From: Nitrosococcus oceani ATCC 19707 | GTDB taxonomy: Bacteria; Pseudomonadota; Gammaproteobacteria; Nitrosococcales; Nitrosococcaceae | Reading direction: 5' to 3' | Assembly: GCF_000012805.1 (NCBI RefSeq) | Contig: NC_007484.1 | Coordinates: 3,449,692-3,481,691 of the forward strand | Length of the DNA: 32,000 nucleotides | Shown here: piece by piece, positions 29,591 through 32,000 of the stretch | How the letters are laid out: each line of letters begins with the position of its first letter | Position numbering within the stretch: position 1 is the first letter of the stretch | Position numbers and translations under genes: made by a program | The notes under the pieces: generated by a model | Database searches by the model: none | What the model was told of the DNA's origin: nothing | The model's input: only the letters and a program-made list of their open reading frames with translations

Positions 29591-31191
29591 TGCTGGGCAA
29601 TGGAAAGGATATTATTGACTACCCAATATAAAACCAACCCCGCCGGGAACATAACGAAAAAAACGGTAAACATGACTGGCATCAAGGCCATAACCTTTGC
29701 CTGTATGGGGTCGGTTGGCGCCGGGCTTAACTTCTGCTGAACAAACATGCTCACACCCATTAATAAGGGCAATATGTAATAGGGATCTTTGGAAGTTAGG
29801 TCTTGAATCCAAAAGATAAATGGTGCTTGGCGCAATTCGACCGATTCCAGCAACATCCAATAGAGGGCAATAAATACAGGAATTTGCACCACTATGGGTA
29901 GACATCCTCCCATAGGGTTAACTTTCTCTTTCCTATACAATTCCATCATAGCTTGGCCCACTTTTTGGCGATCATCGCCATAACGCTCCTTGAGGGCGAG
30001 GAGACGGGGTTGCAGTTTGCGCATTCGAGCCATAGATCGATAGCTAGTCTGGGAAAGCTTGAAGAAAACAAGCTTCACCACAAAGGTTAGCAACACGATG
30101 GCCCATCCCCAGTTACCTACTAGGTTGTGAAACCAACTCATCAGCCAGAAAAGCGGCTCGGCAAGGATAGTCAGCTTGCCATAATCTACAGTCAAATTTA
30201 GCTTAGGAGCTACGGCAGCTAGCTGATCTTGGATTTTAGGGCCTGTAAATAAGGCCAAATTAAATTGCCCGCTTTCACCCGGAGCTATCGTTTGCTGAGG
30301 AGGCATGACTCCCGCAATATAGCGGGAGTTTTGTACATGCTTACCATAATAATAATTGGTTCCTTGTTCCCGAGGTACCCAAGCCGCCACAAAATAATGC
30401 TGAATCATCGCTACCCACCCCCCAGAACTACGGCGATCAAAAGACTGCGAGGCTAAGTCACCAAAATCTACTTTCTGGTATTCCTGTTCCTGTGTGGAAA
30501 AAACTGCACCCACATAAGAGCGGGCAAACATACCTCCAGATTCCGGTGGAGTACGGCTGAATTGAGCGTAAGCCCTCCCCATCCAAGCTTGATCCGTTCC
30601 ATTTTCAATCTTGATATTTAAATCGATCTGATAGCTATCCCTCTGAAATATGTAGGTCTTCGTTACCTTAATTCCATTCTCGTCCTCCCAAGTGAGGGGA
30701 ACTTTCAGACTGCTTTCATCTTCTATCAGTTCATAGTAGGTCTTAGGCGCTGAAAACTGTACTGTTTCATGGGTTATGGATGGCCCGGAAGCAGCACGTA
30801 ATCCCGATTGAGTAACAAAAAGATCAGGATCCCTTTTATGCAATAATGTGACTGGTTCATTAGGTTTTTTTAAGGAAACCGGATAATTCAGTAGCTGTAC
30901 TTCATACAAATCGCCACTAGCCATTCCAATTTTGATCGCAAGGAGATCCGTCTTTACCTCGATAGTTTTTTGGCCTGTTAGGATGGGAGCGGTATCCATA
31001 TCAGCCATTTCGGGTGGCGGCGCATCTGGAACGGCCTCAGGCAGAACCGGGGAAGACTCTCCCGAGCTAGCTGTGGGTTGAGGCGGTGGAGGTAGAAGTG
31101 GAATAGGGCCATAGTCCGTTTGCCAAGCATCCCACATTAAAAACAATACTAAAACCAAAGCAGAGAATAGAATCAACCGATAGTTTTCCAT
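29554..31191 (-). CDS. yidC: membrane protein insertase YidC
   Basis: 545-aa ORF with an N-terminal TM, a large periplasmic domain and a conserved C-terminal 60-kDa insertase core (...MRKLQP....L.ERYGDD.QK...MMELY.KEKVNP.GGCLP...Q.P.F.ALY...). Confidence 0.97.
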   Translation of the reverse strand: MENYRLILFSALVLVLFLMWDAWQTDYGPIPLLPPPPQPTASSGESSPVLPEAVPDAPPPEMADMDTAPILTGQKTIEVKTDLLAIKIGMASGDLYEVQLLNYPVSLKKPNEPVTLLHKRDPDLFVTQSGLRAASGPSITHETVQFSAPKTYYELIEDESSLKVPLTWEDENGIKVTKTYIFQRDSYQIDLNIKIENGTDQAWMGRAYAQFSRTPPESGGMFARSYVGAVFSTQEQEYQKVDFGDLASQSFDRRSSGGWVAMIQHYFVAAWVPREQGTNYYYGKHVQNSRYIAGVMPPQQTIAPGESGQFNLALFTGPKIQDQLAAVAPKLNLTVDYGKLTILAEPLFWLMSWFHNLVGNWGWAIVLLTFVVKLVFFKLSQTSYRSMARMRKLQPRLLALKERYGDDRQKVGQAMMELYRKEKVNPMGGCLPIVVQIPVFIALYWMLLESVELRQAPFIFWIQDLTSKDPYYILPLLMGVSMFVQQKLSPAPTDPIQAKVMALMPVMFTVFFVMFPAGLVLYWVVNNILSIAQQWYITRQIEQEG

Positions 31192-31358
31192 GACACCTTT
31201 TCCGTTAGATTTCCAGCATAAGAGAGCAATGCTCTCTGAATGCCGGCGATAGCTATTATTAGGCTTCTATTGCAAGATAACCTCAATGATGAGTTAAACA
31301 AAGTGATTAAATAAAGTTGGTAGCCTATAGAACAGCCATAACATTGCGGGAAAAAGAT

Positions 31359-31718
31359 TCAGGAATCACTACACTGCTTGACTAAACCTATCCATTGGCG
31401 CTCAAGACAGCGGAGCAGATCCGAATTTGGGTGCCGGTTAATACCCGGCTTAGATAATACAACCAAATCACGCCCACCCAATACCTGTTGCCGCTGCCGA
31501 AAGCTTTCCCTAACTAGGCGCTTTATCCGATTTCTATCAACTGCTCGAGAAAAATGCTTACGAGGAATAGCCATTCCCAGGCGAGGATACTCCAAGCTAT
31601 TAGAATGATAAAGCACCGTAAACGCTTTGCTGCTAACGCGCTCTCCAGCCGCAAATATTTGTTTGAAGTCGCCTGGGTCCACGAGTCGCATTAAGCGAGT
31701 AAACCCGAATTGTTTCAT
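31359..31718 (-). CDS. rnpA: ribonuclease P protein component
   Basis: 119-aa basic ORF with the RNR motif A..RNRIKRL.RE.FR. Synteny is rpmH-rnpA-yidC. Confidence 0.95.
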   Translation of the reverse strand: MKQFGFTRLMRLVDPGDFKQIFAAGERVSSKAFTVLYHSNSLEYPRLGMAIPRKHFSRAVDRNRIKRLVRESFRQRQQVLGGRDLVVLSKPGINRHPNSDLLRCLERQWIGLVKQCSDS

Positions 31719-31747
31719 ACTAGAAAAACTACCTGGGCTGTGCGTGC

Positions 31748-31882
31748 TTAAGCAGTAAGGCGCTTCCGCCCCTTGGCGCGCCGCCTGTTAATAATAGCGC
31801 GCCCCCCTTGAGTTCGCATCCGGGCACGAAACCCATGAGTACGTTTGCGCTTTAAATTTTTAGGTTGGAAGGTACGTTTCAT
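31748..31882 (-). CDS. rpmH: 50S ribosomal protein L34
   Basis: Hand translation of the minus strand gives [44 protein letters not shown] (44 aa), the canonical L34 sequence. It falls below the ORF-track length cutoff. Confidence 0.95.
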
Positions 31883-31944
31883 CTTTTTGAACCTATTTGA
31901 CAGCTATGACGGCCTTAGAATAGCCGTAAAAACGAATCTAATAA

Positions 31945-31972
31945 AATATCCGGCAGTAACACCTGATGTCAA
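31945..31972 (-). promoter_or_regulatory. candidate sigma70 promoter of rpmH-rnpA
   Basis: On the minus strand: TTGACA (31972-31967), a 16-nt spacer, then GATATT (31950-31945), about 60 nt upstream of the rpmH ATG. Confidence 0.35.
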
Positions 31973-32000
31973 GAGAGAAAACAGAAGCTATTTCCTCCTT

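Overview
This window is mostly origin-proximal core chromosome of a roughly 50% GC gammaproteobacterium. Gene content and synteny resemble a Nitrosococcus-type Chromatiales genome, but that is inference from memory, not a search result. The left quarter (+ strand) carries tatA (partial), tatB and tatC, a convergent pentapeptide-repeat gene, a small stand-alone ORF, an APC amino-acid permease and a CPA2/YbaL-type cation:proton antiporter. Bases 5787-7716 are the only clearly accessory DNA. They hold a 5' fragment of a TDT/TehA-type transporter gene, an AT-rich leader with phased repeats that also read as DnaA-box-like 9-mers, and an intact but orphan IncP-type traK-traL pair. TraL is a ParA-like ATPase. 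No relaxase, coupling protein or T4SS is present. From 7717 to 31882, 22 genes run without interruption on the minus strand. In coordinate order they are sucrose synthase, sucrose-phosphate synthase (with an SPP-like HAD domain), fructokinase, glmS, glmU, atpCDGAHFEBI, parB, parA, rsmG, mnmG, mnmE, yidC, rnpA and rpmH. I found no rRNA, tRNA, CRISPR array, transposase, integrase, toxin-antitoxin or recognisable defence genes. I do not see a convincing novel multi-gene system. The best candidates for follow-up are the traK/traL-plus-repeat cassette and the idea that the sucrose cluster and conjugative relic form an old island in the glmS-downstream (attTn7-equivalent) position. All homology statements come from recalled protein-family motifs and need database confirmation.
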